This document shows positions 12,984 to 24,787 of a DNA stretch of 64,000 nt, piece after piece. Position numbers and translations under genes: made by a program. Below the pieces are notes generated by a model, which searched no databases, was not told where the DNA came from, and saw only the letters and a list, made by a program, of their open reading frames with translations. Position 1 is the first letter of the stretch; each line of letters begins with the position of its first letter. The DNA is from an uncultured Planctomycetota bacterium (GTDB lineage Bacteria; Planctomycetota; Planctomycetia; Gemmatales; Gemmataceae), in NCBI GenBank assembly GCA_963849325.1, contig CAWKHF010000012.1:544001-608000 (forward strand), read 5' to 3'.

Positions 12984-15900
12984 GGCGTCGTGCTCCTGTC
13001 GGGTTGTTTGTCGGCGAGAAGGGCGGACAGCAGTGCATCGACCTGCTCGCCCGGCAGATCCTCGATTTTCTCCAGCAGTTCCTCCGGACTTTCCCCGGTG
13101 GGCGAGGCGGCCCCGTTGGCGTGTTCGACCGTGGCCGGCTCGGCGAGCGCTCCCGTGGTTGTGCCTTTCGTCCCGTCCGCTTCGGCCAACTGTTCGAGCA
13201 GAAGGTCGATCAGACGAGAGAGGCTCGGACTGCGCATCAGCTCCATAATCGGGAGATTGACTCGCAATTCCTGTTCGATCCAGTTGCGCAGCTCGACGGC
13301 CATGAGCGAGTCGATGCCGAGGTTGAGCAGGGGCTTGTCGATGTCGAGGCGATCGGCGGACATTCCGAGGACGCGGGCCACTTTGTCGCGGAGAAGCGCC
13401 TCCAGCAGACCGCGGCGCGCCGAGGGTGGGGCCGTACGCACGGCGTCGAGCGAGGGCAATCCGTCGGACGCTTCCAGGCCGGCGGCGCCCTCGTTTTGCC
13501 GCAGCAGGTGCGCGAAACGCGGCGAGACGCGCCCGGTGACACCCAGTCCACGCCAGCGCGACCAGTCCACGCGCATCACGCTGATCTGGACGGCCTGTCG
13601 CCGCATCGCTCGCTCCAGCAGGGTCAAGGCTTGACGCACGGTGAAGCTCTGCACGCCCTGGCGCTCCAGCCGCTCGCCGAGCTGAGGGCGTTCGGCGAGA
13701 TAGCCGACGTCGCCGAGATAGCCCCAGTTGACGGTCAGGGCGGGCAGTCCGCGAGCGCGGCGATACCAGGCGACGGCATCGAGGAACAGGTTCGCCGCCG
13801 CGTAGTTCCCCTGGCCGGCATGGCCGAAGACACTGGACAGCGACGAGAAGAGGATGAAGAAGTCCAGCGAATAGGGCAAGGTCTGCGTGTGCAGCTCCCA
13901 GGTCCCGCGCACCTTCGGCGCCAGGACACGCTGCATCAGGTCCCGATCGAGGTTGACCAGCAAGGCATCCTCCAGGACCATGGCAGCGTGGATGACGCCG
14001 CGCAAGGGAGGTCCATCGCGCTCGATCTCGGCCAACACGGCGGCAAGGTCTTCGCGCTTCGTCACGTCGGCCGCACGGACGAGAATGCGAGCGCCCAGCT
14101 CTTCCAATTCGGCCACGGCCTGCCGGTCCTCGGCCGAATGGAGGCCGCGCCGACCGAGCAGCACCAGATGTCGTGCCCCGCGTTCGACCATCCAATGGGC
14201 CACCGCCAAACCGAAACCGCCCAGCCCTCCCGTGATCAGATAGGTAGCGTCCGCATGGAACGCGATCGGCTCCTCGCCCGGAACCACGCGAGCGGGCCGT
14301 TCGCGCATCGACAGCACGATCTTGCCGACGTGCTTACTCTGTTGCATGTAGCGAAAGGCGGCGGCCGCGTCGGTAATCGGGAAGACACGGTGCGGCAGCG
14401 GGGCGAGCCGGCCCTCGTTGGCCTCCTGGACGAGTCCCCGAAACAGCGAGCCGAGCAGGGCCGGTCGCTCGCGGATCATGCGATCGAGGTCGATGGCATG
14501 GAAGGACAGGTTTTTGCGGAAGGGCCGCAGTCCCAGGCGGCTGTTGCCGTAGACGTCGCGCTTGCCGATTTCGAGGAATCGGCCATAGTCGGCCAGGGTC
14601 GCCACGCCGCGGACGAGAGCTTCGCCGGCCAGCGAGTTGAGCACCACGTCCACGCCGCGGCCGCCGGAGCGCTCCAGCACTTCGTCGGCGAAGGCAAGCG
14701 TCCGCGAATCCATGACGTGTTCGATGCCGAGCTGTTTCAGATAGTCGCGCTTCTCCGGCGTGCCGGCGGTGGCGAAAATCTCGGCCCCGGCGCGGCAAGC
14801 CCGCTGCACGGCGGCCAGGCCGACGCCGCCCGTCGCGGAGTGGATTAGGACGCGCTCGCCGGCGCCGAGATGGCCCAGGTGATCGAGAGCGTAGGACGCG
14901 GTCAGGAAGGCGATGGGGAGAGTTGCCGCCTCCTCGAAGCCGAACGATGGCGGTTTGAGCGCCACCAGTTCGGCTCGCGTCGTCACGTGACTGCCGAAGG
15001 CGAAGGGTGCGACGGCCAGCACTTCGTCGCCGATTTGCAGACCGCGGACGCCTTCGCCGACGGCCGTGATCCGGCCGCTGCATTCGGCGCCCAGCGGCAC
15101 CGGGCCGTCTCCCAGTCCGGGGTAAAGTCCCAGCGCCTTCAGGACGTCGCTGAAATTTAGGCCGGCGGCGACGACCTCGATTTCGACCTCGCCCGGCTGC
15201 GGCGGATGTCGCCGCATTGCTCGCAGCATCAAACCATCCAGGGTTCCGGGCTGCGTAGTCTCGAGACGGTACGCTGGGAAATCGGAGCCCGAAGCGTAAG
15301 CGAGGGTTGTTGACGTTCCCTCGCTTACGCTTCGGGCTCCGACGGATTTCGCACCGGCGGGTAGATAGCGATGGACGTAACGACCGGCCGAACGAAGGGC
15401 GATCTCGTCCTCGTCCTCGTCGGCCCACAATTCCTCGAAGAGAAGCGGAATGTCGGCCTCGCCGGAGGTGGGATCGAGGTCCACCATCTTGCAGCGCAAT
15501 CGCGGATATTCGCTGCAAAGGACGCGGCCCAGACCGAGAACGGGACTCTGTGCAACCTCCACCGACTGCGGCTTGTCGCCGACGGACTGGACCCCGCGCG
15601 TCACGAGAAACAGGCCCGCCGTCTTGTCGTCCGCAGTCCGGTCCCACGCTTGCACGAGATAAAGGACACTCAGTAAGCCCGCTTCCTGCGCCGCCTCCAG
15701 GGCCGAGACCTCCAGACCTTCGGCTGCCGGCGCATCGAGGTTCCAGAGGTGGACGATGCCCTTGCAAGCAGTCCCTTCGGCGGACAGGATCTCTTGGAAG
15801 AGCCGATCCATGTCCTCGCGCGCGAGGGATTGATGGCAAAAATCTCCTCACCGGAGGCGTCCTGTCCTGTTCCCGCGAAGACGAGAGTACAGCTTTCTCC

Positions 15901-18900
15901 TTCCGCACGCAGCCTCTCGGCGAGTCGCGCCGACCCCGCCGCGATCCGCGAAGATGAGCCAACGGCCCGGCCGTCCCCGTTGTTCCTGCCCCGATCCGGG
16001 CTGCAAACGCCACTCGTAGGCATACAGCCATTCGTCCAGCATATCGTCGGCGCCATCGGCGACGCGCTGGCTACGGAGTCCGCGCACCTGAGCCACCAGT
16101 TCGCGGTTTTCGTCGTAAATGTCGAGGTCGGCCGCGGAGGAGCGCGGCGTTTTCTGAAGCAGGCGAGCATGGACCCACAGCCGGCGCGTCGGACGGCGAT
16201 ACAGCCGGATCTGTTCGATTTCGACGGGGAGATACAGGCCGCCGACGACCTCATCGAAATCCGCGTCCGCGGGGATGACTCCCTGGAAGCAGGCGTCGAG
16301 GAGAGCGGGATGGAACAACCAATCGTCCTCTCCCGTCGTCGCGCCGTCCGGCAGATGAATCTCGGCCAGCGATTCCCGATCGCCCCGGCAAGCAGATTCG
16401 ACGCCCTGGAACAGCGGGCCGTAATCCAGCCCGAGCTTCCGCACGTAGGCATAACATTCCGCCCGGGAGAACACGTGCGGACAACGCCGGCGAACCTCGT
16501 CGGGAGAAAACGAACTCGGCGAGAGGGCCGAGGGAACGGAGCGGACGGTCGCGGTGCAATGCGCGGTCCACTCCACCTCCTCATCGGCGACTCGGCTGGA
16601 GATCCGCACGGTGCCGTCGCCGGACTGGAAGTCCGTGTGCAGCCGTCTGGCCTTGTCGGCGGAGAGGAAGCAAGGATTGGCCAGTTTGAGGTCTTCGATC
16701 TGATAGGCGCTCGCGCCGAATACCTCCCGAGCGACGGCGAAAACCATCTCCACGTAGGCGGTGGCCGGCACGATGACTGCCCGCTGGACGCGATGGTCGC
16801 CCAGGAACGGAAATAGCCGCAAATCGAGTCTCGTCTCCCAGGAGCCCACGGGCAGGGCGAGCGATTGGCCGAGCAAAGGGTGAGCGGGCGCCGCCAGGCG
16901 CATCCTCCGTGAATAGAGGGTCTCGAACCAGCAATGCTCGCGCTGCCAAGGGTACGACGGCAGCCGGACGACCGCCGCCGGGCCGGGCACGACGCCGGAC
17001 CAATTGATCGGATGGCCGAGGGTGTAAAGCCGAGCGAGGGAGTGAAGCATCGTGGCCCGCTCCTCCTCGCGGCGTCGCAACGACGGCACGACCTGGACTT
17101 TCTTGCCGCGATGCTGAGAACACTCCGCGACCGATGCCGTCAGCACCGGATGCGGGCTTAGCTCCAGGATTGTGTCACACCCCATCTCGAGGAGAAGATC
17201 GACGCTTTCGGCGAAACGTACCGTCTGCCGGACATTTCGCCACCAGTATTCCGGTCCCAGTTCGAGACCGTCGATCCGGCTGGCGCGGACGGTGGAGAAC
17301 AGAGGGATCGTCGCCGGCCTCGGCTGGATGCCGCGCAACGATTGCAGCAGTTCGTCGCGCACCGGGTCCATCTGGGCGCTGTGGAAGGCGTAATGGACTT
17401 GCAGAAAGCGGACAAAGACCTGCCGCTGTTCCAGTCGGCGAGCAATCTCTTCCAGGGGACCGCTCTCGCCCGAAAGGGTAACGGAGAACGGACTGTTGAC
17501 GGCGGCAAGACTAACCCGATCGCCAAAGGGAGCCAGCAGTTCCCGAGCTTCTTCGGCGGATACGCCGGCGGCGAGCATCCGGCCGCGCGACGGGGCCAAT
17601 TCCATGCACCGGCCGCGCTGGTAGATGACGCGCACCGCGTCTTCGAGGCTGAAGACGCCGGAGAGGTGGGCGGCGGCGACTTCGCCGACGCTGTGTCCGA
17701 CGATCGCTTCCGGCCGAACACCCCAGGAGCGCCACAGGGCGGCCAGTCCGACCTGCAGCGCGAAGATCGCCGGCTGCGAAATGGCGGTCACATTCATGCG
17801 CGAATGCGCTTCGTCCGCGCTCAGTTCCTCAAGGAGCGACCAAGGGCCGAGCTGGCGCACGATTTCATCGCAGCGCTGGATCACGTCGCGGAAGACCGGC
17901 TCGTGTTCCAGGAGTTGACGTCCCATGCCCCACCATTGCGGCCCTTGCCCCGAACAGACGAAGGCCAGCCGCGGCCTCTGCCCCGCCCCCACTCGGTCCG
18001 ACGACGCGCCCGGCGCGGGTTGGCCGGACGCGAACGCCGCGAGTTGCTCGGACAGTTCTTGCCGCGAATGGGCGACGAGAGCCAGGCGGTGATCGTGATG
18101 ACTGCGGCGGACGGCCGCGTTGTAGGCGAGATCGTGGAGCGAAACCTCGTCGGGACAACGGGCCAGATAATCCTGCCAGGCGGCGGCCATCGCCCGCAGC
18201 GCCTGCGGACTGCGGGCGGACAACGTCAGCAACTCAGGGGTCAGGGGACAGGGGTCAGGGGTCCGATCGCCATTGCCTGCGTGCCGACTCCTGACCCCTG
18301 ACCCCTGACCCCTGACCCCTGGTTTCGGCGCTTCCTGCAAGACGACATGGGCATTGGTGCCGCCGTATCCAAAGGAGTTGACGCCGGCCACGGCCGGCCC
18401 GTCATGGGTCGGCCAGGGTTCGCATTCGACCGGCACGCGCAGGCGCAGTTGTGCGAAGTCGATGGATGGATTGGGCTGAACGAAATGCAGGTTCGCCGGA
18501 ATGCGATGGTGGTGCAGCGCCAACGCCGCCTTGATCAGACCGGCGATGCCGGAGCCGGCCTCCAGATGACCGATGTTCGTCTTGACCGAGCCGATTACAC
18601 AGGGACGATTCGCCGGCCGTTGGTCGCACAGGACGCGGCCCAGGGCTTGCGCCTCAATCGGATCGCCGACCAGGGTGCCGGTGCCGTGGGCCTCGATGTA
18701 CTGGACTTGCGCGGGAGAGATGCCGGCATTCTGGTACGCCTGCCGTAGCAGGGCTTCCTGTGCTTCTGGACGCGGAACGGTCATGCCGGGGGTACGGCCG
18801 TCCTGATTCACGGCCGTTCCACGGATGACGGCGTAAATGTGATCGCCGTCGGCCAGGGCGCGAGACAGGGGCTTCAGGACGACCATGCCCACGCCCTCGC

Positions 18901-19669
18901 CGCGGACGAAGCCGTTGGCGCCGGCGTCGAAGGCGTGACAGCGGCCATCGGGCGACAGCATCCCCAGGCGGCTGAAACCGATGTACCAATCCGGCAGCAG
19001 CAGGGCGTTAACGCCGCCGGCCAGCGCCAGCGGACAGCCTTCCTCCCAGATACTCCGGCAGGCAAGGTGGACGGCCACCAGCGCCGAGGAGCAAGCGGTA
19101 TCGACGGCGGCGCTGGGGCCGCGAAGGTCGAAGCAGTAGGAGATACGGTTGGCGGCGATGCTCAACGAGCCGCCCGTGTTCGTGTAGACGTCGATCCCTC
19201 CCCGATCGTGGAAATCGAGCTGCATGAACGAGTAATCCCAGGTGGAGATGCCGACGAAGACCGCGGTCTTGCTGCCGGCGACGCGCTCTAGCACCTGTCC
19301 GCCGTCTTCCAGCGCCTCCCAGGCCGCTTCCAGCAGAAGACGCTGCTGAGGGTCCATGCGGCACGCTTCACGCGGCGAAATGCCGAAAAAGTGCGGATCG
19401 AACTGATCGATGTCGTCCAGGAAGCCGCCCCAACGTGCGTGAGATTTACCCGGTTTGCCCGTTTCCGGATCGTAAAACGCCTTTTGATTCCAGCGTCCAG
19501 CGGGCACCTCCGTGACGGCATCCACGCCCCTGGCGAGCACGTCCCAAAAGCTCGCCGGGTCGTTGGCCCCGCCGGGGAAGCGGCAGCCGATCCCGATGAG
19601 GGCAATCGGTTCGTGTACGCACGAGGGGGGAGGAACGGGGGCGTGCCCGTTGGTTTGATTTTCGATCAT
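12980..19669 (-). CDS. Type I PKS, KS-AT-DH-ER-KR-ACP; two frameshifts near 15930 and 15820
   Basis: KS 'DTACSS', 'HGTGT', 'NIGHLE'; AT 'GHSVG', 'YAFHS'; DH 'HPLLG', 'DHRVQRAVIVP'; ER 'LIHSATGGVG'; KR 'TGGLGGFG', 'YAAAN'; ACP 'GIDSLMAVE'. ORFs 15848..19669 and 12980..15811 are bridged by part of 15670..16584. Confidence 0.95.
15282..15342. repeat. Perfect 25-bp-arm palindrome (family B, GAGCCCGAAGCGTAAGCGAGGG) in frame in the PKS, just before the ER domain
   Basis: TCGGAGCCCGAAGCGTAAGCGAGGG...CCCTCGCTTACGCTTCGGGCTCCGA; encodes VGARSVSEGTSTTLAYASGSD. Confidence 0.9.
18234..18320. repeat. Inverted pair of heptamer arrays (TCAGGGG)n...(CCCCTGA)n in frame in the PKS KS-AT linker
   Basis: About 4 units per arm; encodes GVRGQGSGVRS...TPDPCPLTPE. 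Confidence 0.85.
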
Positions 19670-19735
19670 GGCTCTCTCTGCTCACAACGGCGGCCCCGAA
19701 GGGCGCCGGCGCTGAATCATTCCGTGGAAACCTTA

Positions 19736-19797
19736 TTTAGCCGCGACGCGCAGCGGAGCGCGGGGCTGCCCGCGCTCCGCTGCGCGTCGCGGCTAAA
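19736..19797. repeat. REP-like palindrome, family A
   Basis: TTTAGCCGCGACGCGCAGCGGAGCGCGGG...CCCGCGCTCCGCTGCGCGTCGCGGCTAAA, upstream of the PKS start. Confidence 0.9.
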
Positions 19798-20069
19798 CAA
19801 AGAGAGGCTCCGCAGAGACAGCGGGATGTCAGTCCGCGACCGCTTCTCTTAGTAATCCTAACAAAGACCCCTCATCCGGACAAATTTCTCTATCCCCCGC
19901 AGTCCCTAGACATCAACTTTCTCCTCCTACAATCGGAGCGATAGGACGTTGAGGGCTGAACCGGACCCGCGATAGCACGAAAGACACTCAGTTTCCTTGC
20001 AACCGGAGTGCCGGTGGAGGTAGAATTCTCACAGAGGAGGCGAACCCACGGACCCACTCCGATAAAAAT

Positions 20070-21198
20070 GTGAGAATCCCTTATTCCCTTATCCTCATCG
20101 GCCGCGAGCGGGGCCGTTACTTGCCGGCCATTCTGGCCGTCGCCTTTTGTGCGCAGCTGAACATCTTGCAGTGGGGCCTCCTTTTCGGCACTCTCTCGGT
20201 GCTGTCGGTGCCGATCGATCGCAGCCGGGCCGACGTGTGGGTGGCGTCCCGCGACGTGCTGAGTCTGGAACTGGGCCATCCCATCCCGGAGTCCTGGGAG
20301 TCCCGCCTCGCCAGCCAGCCCGGCGTCGAGCGGACGGAAATCTACCTGTTCAGCTTCGGCTACTGGCATAAGCCATCGGGCGGCTCCGAGGTGTGCTGCA
20401 TCATTGGTTCTCACCTGGGCGAGCAATCCCTCGGGGCGCTGGCGGACCTCACGCCGCAGATGCGGACGCGCCTGACCGAGCCGGGTGCGGTGGTCATTGA
20501 TGCCTCGGAACTGGATCGCCTCGGCGTCAAGGGCGTCGGCGATTCGGCCGAGGTGTACGACCATCGCGTCTCGGTGGTCGGACTGGTGCATGGCTTCAAG
20601 AGCGTTGGCGGGCCTTACGTTTTCTGTTCGCTGCGCACGGCGCGGATGATCTTGCCCTTATTTCAGGAGAAGCCGCACGACACCATGTACTTGTTGGCCC
20701 GCTGCCGCGACCGTCGCGCGGCCGGCGAACTGATCGAACACCTGCGCGAGTACCCCGACCTGTCGGCGTTCACCCGCGAGGAGTTCTCCTGGCGGACGCG
20801 GACGTACTGGTTGACGCAGACTAACGCCGGCATTGGCATGGGCTGCACGGCGGCGCTGGCCCTGCTGGTCGGATTGGTCGTGACCAGTCAAACGCTGTAC
20901 GCGGCGACGACCGCCTCGCTGCGCGAATACGCCGTACTGCGGCGCTGGGCATCCCGCGCTGGCGCATGGGCGCCATGGTCGTGGCGCAATCGTTCTGGGT
21001 CGGACTCTTTGGGATTGTCCTGGCCGTGCCCGTGATCTTCATCCTCGGCGCCGGGGCCAACTTCGCCGGCGCCGGGTGCTGCTGCCGACGTGGCTGTTCG
21101 CCGTCGGCAACGCCCTGACCATGATCATGGCCCTGCTGGCGGGATTGACCGCGCTGCGGTCCCTGCGATTGGTGGAACCCATCACCTTGTTGCGCTGA
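20070..21198 (+). CDS. ABC exporter permease, FtsX/DevC-like; frameshifts near 20945 and 21080
   Basis: 'AILAVAFCAQLNILQWGLLFG', 'ADVWV', 'VGLVVTSQTLYAAT..SLREYAVL'; reconstructed C-terminus LRSLRLVEPITLLR* (TGA 21196-21198). Confidence 0.85.
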
Positions 21199-21219
21199 AT
21201 CGCTGAGGGGCGACGCCGA

Positions 21220-21960
21220 ATGTCGTCGGAGAAACCAACGCTGGAAGCTCGCCACCTGTTCCGCTCCTTCGGCGAAGGGGAGACGGCCACGGCTGTGCTG
21301 CGCGACGTTTCCTTGGACCTGTACGGCGGCGAAGTCGCGTTGATGATGGGGCCTTCGGGCAGCGGCAAATCGACGCTCCTGGCCGTCCTGTCCGGTCTGC
21401 TTCGACCCGACCGCGGCGACGTCGTGGCCCTGGGGCAGCACTTGGGGCGGCTGTCGGAGAAAGCCCAGCGGCAGTTTCGCCTTCGACACTGCGGCTTCAT
21501 TTTCCAGGGATTCAACCTCTTTCCGTCCCTGACCCCCCGCGAGCAGCTGGAGATGGTGCTACGCTGGGGAGAGGGGACATCCGACCGCGAGGCGCGGCGG
21601 CGGGTGGGCGAGGTCTTGGAGCAACTCGGCCTCGGCGGACGCGGCGACCTGACCGCCGATCAACTCTCCGGCGGCGAAAAGCAGCGCGTGGCCATCGCCC
21701 GCGCCTTGCTCAAGAACCCGACCTTCTGCTTCGCCGACGAGCCGACCAGCTCGCTCGACTGGGCGCACGGCGAACAGGTAATCCAACTGTTGCAGCGCGC
21801 CGCCCATGAGCGGGGGGCAACCATTTTCATCGTCGCCCACGACGCTCGGATCGTGCCTTACGCCGACCGAGTCTTTTCCCTGGACGACGGGCGTCTGACG
21901 GCACCGCCTGTGCTGTCTCATTCGGAAGGAGCAGGACCAAAGAGAAGTTCTGAGTTCTGA
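21220..21960 (+). CDS. ABC exporter ATP-binding protein (DevA/LolD-like)
   Basis: Walker A 'GPSGSGKS', signature 'LSGGEKQRVAIARAL', 'ADEPT', H-loop 'VAHD'. Confidence 0.95.
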   Translation: MSSEKPTLEARHLFRSFGEGETATAVLRDVSLDLYGGEVALMMGPSGSGKSTLLAVLSGLLRPDRGDVVALGQHLGRLSEKAQRQFRLRHCGFIFQGFNLFPSLTPREQLEMVLRWGEGTSDREARRRVGEVLEQLGLGGRGDLTADQLSGGEKQRVAIARALLKNPTFCFADEPTSSLDWAHGEQVIQLLQRAAHERGATIFIVAHDARIVPYADRVFSLDDGRLTAPPVLSHSEGAGPKRSSEF

Positions 21961-22012
21961 GTGAAGACCATCGGATTTCACTCAGAACTCAGAACTCAGA
22001 ACTCAGAACTTC
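21944..22012. repeat. Inverted heptamer arrays (AGTTCTG)n...(CAGAACT)n
   Basis: GAAGTTCTGAGTTCTGAGTGAA...TTCACTCAGAACTCAGAACTCAGAACTCAGAACTTC; the left arm contains the ATPase stop codon. Confidence 0.85.
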
Positions 22013-22027
22013 GAGAGGCCCCATGCC

Positions 22028-23110
22028 ATGAATCGCTCGTCCACGTCTCGCCGTGTGCTGTGGCTGCTGGCGCTGGGACTTCTCGCGCTGGGCACCCCGG
22101 CGGCCGGCCTGTTGTTCAGCTACTCCTCTCGCGGCGCTCTGCCGGTGCAGGAGCCGGGCGGCGGTCCCAACGCCCCCGCCGGCGGATCGGGAGTCGTCTG
22201 CTTCGGTCAGGTCGATCTGCAACATGGCGTGACCGCTCTGGCCCCTCTTCAGCCGGGGCGCGTGACGGAGGTGCTCGTCCACGAGGGCCAGACGGTCTCC
22301 GAGGGCACGGTCCTGCTCCGCCTGGACGATCGCCTGTCCCGGAGCCGAGTCGCGGAGGCGCAAGCGGCGCTGGACGCCGCTCAATTGCGGCTCGATCAAG
22401 CCCATAAGTTGCCGGACCAGCAGCAAAGCCGAATCGCCCAGCAGCAAGACGCCGTCGAGGCCATGCGCCGCCGACTGTCGGCGGCCCGTCACCAGTACGC
22501 GCGGCAGCAGGGGTTGGTGAAAAAGCAACTCCTCGACGCCAATGATCTCGCCGCCACCGAAGACCACGTCCAGGAGTTGGAGGCCATGCTGCGAGGCGAG
22601 GAAAAGCGCCTGGACGAGTTGAAAAAGCAAGATCCATCCGATGACGCGCGGCGAGCCGAGAAAGAAGTCGTCGTCATGCAGGCGCGCCGCGACCAGGCCC
22701 GCATCGCCCTGGACGACTGTGTCTTGAAGGCGCCGCGCCGCGGTACGGTGCTTCGCCTCCTTGTCGGCCCGGGCGACGTTCTCGCCGCTCAATCGAAGCA
22801 GCCGGCCGTCCAGTTCGCCGCTGAGGGGCCGCAGGTGGTGCGCGCGGACGTCGAGCAGGAGTTCATCGGAAGGGTCACGGAGGGGCAATCCGTCATCGTC
22901 GAGGACGAGACCCGGAAGGGACAGACCTGGCGCGGCAAGGTGGAGCGCATCTCCAACTGGATCACCCAGCGCCGCTCTGTCCTGCGCGAGCCGTTTGAGT
23001 TCAGCGACGTCCGCACGGTCGAAACCCTCATCACTCTGGAACCGGGCCAACCGCCTCTTCGTATTGGACAGCGAGTGCGCGTACTCATCGGCTCGGCCAA
23101 GCCACAATGA
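22028..23110 (+). CDS. Membrane-fusion protein, HlyD/DevB-like
   Basis: N-terminal TM, lipoyl half-motifs 'PGRVTEVLVHEGQTV..G.VL' and 'LKAPRRGTVL', coiled-coil hairpin, 'DVRTVE', 'RIGQRVRV'. Confidence 0.9.
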   Translation: MNRSSTSRRVLWLLALGLLALGTPAAGLLFSYSSRGALPVQEPGGGPNAPAGGSGVVCFGQVDLQHGVTALAPLQPGRVTEVLVHEGQTVSEGTVLLRLDDRLSRSRVAEAQAALDAAQLRLDQAHKLPDQQQSRIAQQQDAVEAMRRRLSAARHQYARQQGLVKKQLLDANDLAATEDHVQELEAMLRGEEKRLDELKKQDPSDDARRAEKEVVVMQARRDQARIALDDCVLKAPRRGTVLRLLVGPGDVLAAQSKQPAVQFAAEGPQVVRADVEQEFIGRVTEGQSVIVEDETRKGQTWRGKVERISNWITQRRSVLREPFEFSDVRTVETLITLEPGQPPLRIGQRVRVLIGSAKPQ

Positions 23111-23143
23111 AACAAGGGCGGTGGATATTCGATTTCCAAATCG

Positions 23144-23220
23144 ACCACGGATAAAAGACAAAAAGGTGAAAGCGATTATTCCTCTTAATTTATCCGTGTT
23201 ATCCGTGTTATCCGTGGTTA
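23144..23220. repeat. ACCACGGATA / (TATCCGTGT)n nonamer inverted repeat, family C
   Basis: ACCACGGATAAA...TTTATCCGTGTTATCCGTGTTATCCGTGGT between convergent genes. Confidence 0.8.
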
Positions 23221-23248
23221 ATTCTTCATGGATCGTCGCGATGATCTT

Positions 23249-24517
23249 TCACGTGCTGCCTGGCTCCATCTCGTCGAGCAGATGCCCGAGCTTGTCCTTC
23301 TTGGTTTGCAGGTAGCGTAGGTTGTTCTGGTTGGGCGGGATCTGGATCGGCACGCGCTCGACGATGCGCAGCCCGTAGCCGTCCACGCCGACGACCTTCT
23401 TGGGATTGTTCGTCAGCAGGCGAATCTGGCGGACGCCGAGGTCGAGCAGGATCTGCGCGCCGATGCCGTAGTGGCGCAGGTCGGCGCCGAAGCCGAGACG
23501 GTGGTTCGCCTCGACCGTGTCCAGCCCCTCTTCCTGCTGGAGCTTGTAGGCTTGCAGCTTGGACAACAGGCCGATGCCGCGCCCTTCCTGTCGCATGTAC
23601 AGCACGACGCCCTTGCCGGCCTCGGCGACCTGCCGCATGGCCTGGTGCAGCTGCGAGCCGCAGTCGCACAACATGCTCTCGAAGATGTCGCCGGTCAGAC
23701 ATTGGCTGTGAATGCGCACCAGCACCGGCTCGTCCTGCACCGGCACCACGCCGCCGACCTCGACGCCGACGCCGCCCATGCACAGGGCCAGGTGCGGCTC
23801 GGGATCGACCACCGACGTATAGGCGATCAGGTCGAACTCGCCGAAGCGCGTCGGCAGCTTCAGCGACAGCTCGCGGTGGATCAGCCGTTCGCGCTGGCGG
23901 CGATACTTGATGAGGTCCTCGATCGTGCACATCTTCAGGCCGTGCTGCCGGCAGAAGGCGCAGCAGGTCGGGCAGGCGGGCCATGTTGCCTTCGGGCGTC
24001 ATGATCTCGCAGATGACGGCCGCCTCCTTGAGGCCGGCCAGCCGGGCCAGATCGACGCTGCCCTCGGTGTGGCCGGCACGGACCAGGACGCCGCCCTCGC
24101 GGGCCCGCAGGCCGGGCACGTGCCCCTTGCCGACGACGAGGTCGGCCGGCGGTCGAGTGCTCGTCGATGGCCACGCTGGATGGTGCGGGCGCGGTCGAAG
24201 GCCGAGGTGCCGGTGGTGATGCCGGTGCGGGCGTCGATGTGCGGCGTCCACGGCGTCGCCTGGGCATCGACGTTGCGGCCGGGCAACGGCTCCAGGCCGA
24301 GCCGATCGCAGATGGCCGCCGACATGGCCAGGCAGAGGATGCCGCAGCCGTTGCGGACCATGAAGTTGATCGCCTCCGGCGTCACCTTCTCGGCCGCGAT
24401 GACCAGGTCGCCCTCGTTCTCGCGGTACTCGTCATCGACCAGGACGATCATGCGACCCTGCCGCAGTTCCTCCAGGGCCTCCTCGATGGTGCAAAAACCG
24501 TCCGGCTCGGTAGACAT
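23249..24517 (-). CDS. ribBA: Bifunctional DHBP synthase / GTP cyclohydrolase II; frameshifted
   Basis: '[11 protein letters not shown]', 'TGTSAFDR', 'GHTEGSVDL', 'VICEI', '[11 protein letters not shown]', 'CDCG', 'QEGRGIGL', 'LLTNNP' across three frames. Confidence 0.93.
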
Positions 24518-24537
24518 GCTCGTCCCCTTGAGATTGC

Positions 24538-24573
24538 GGCCGCTCGCGGCCTGGCGCCAGGCCGCGAGCGGCC
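24538..24573. repeat. Perfect 36-bp palindrome upstream of ribBA
   Basis: GGCCGCTCGCGGCCTGGCGCCAGGCCGCGAGCGGCC is its own reverse complement. Confidence 0.75.
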
Positions 24574-24787
24574 TTGTCCCTTTATTCTATGCCGGCACGC
24601 GATGGTGACGTCGAGGATTGCCGCGCGATTGCTTGACCGCGGATGGCCGGAAGTAAGACAATGAGGGAGAATCGGTCTGTGTCGGTGACTTCCTGCCCTC
24701 CGCCGCCTGTCTCCCCGGAACGCGGCACGTCCATCGCCTGCCTGGAAACCGCCTTCCGGCGGATCGGAACAGCGAGTGACAACAACC

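Noticed and set aside
12984-14195. N-terminal ~400 aa of the 1809-aa ORF as part of the NRPS
   Set aside because: It is an Arg/Pro-rich off-frame overlap with the PKS KR-ACP region; the real start is ATG 12983.
13004-14848. Long antisense ORFs (e.g. 13004..14848 +, 53864..55471 +, 33077..34591 -, 39089..40549 -)
   Set aside because: These are shadow ORFs opposite well-supported genes, expected in high-GC DNA, with no recognisable motifs.
24518-24787. FMN riboswitch upstream of ribBA
   Set aside because: The conserved RFN motifs (AGGGCGGGGTGAAATTCCC-like and a GGATG(G/A)GAG end) are not recognisable on the minus strand.
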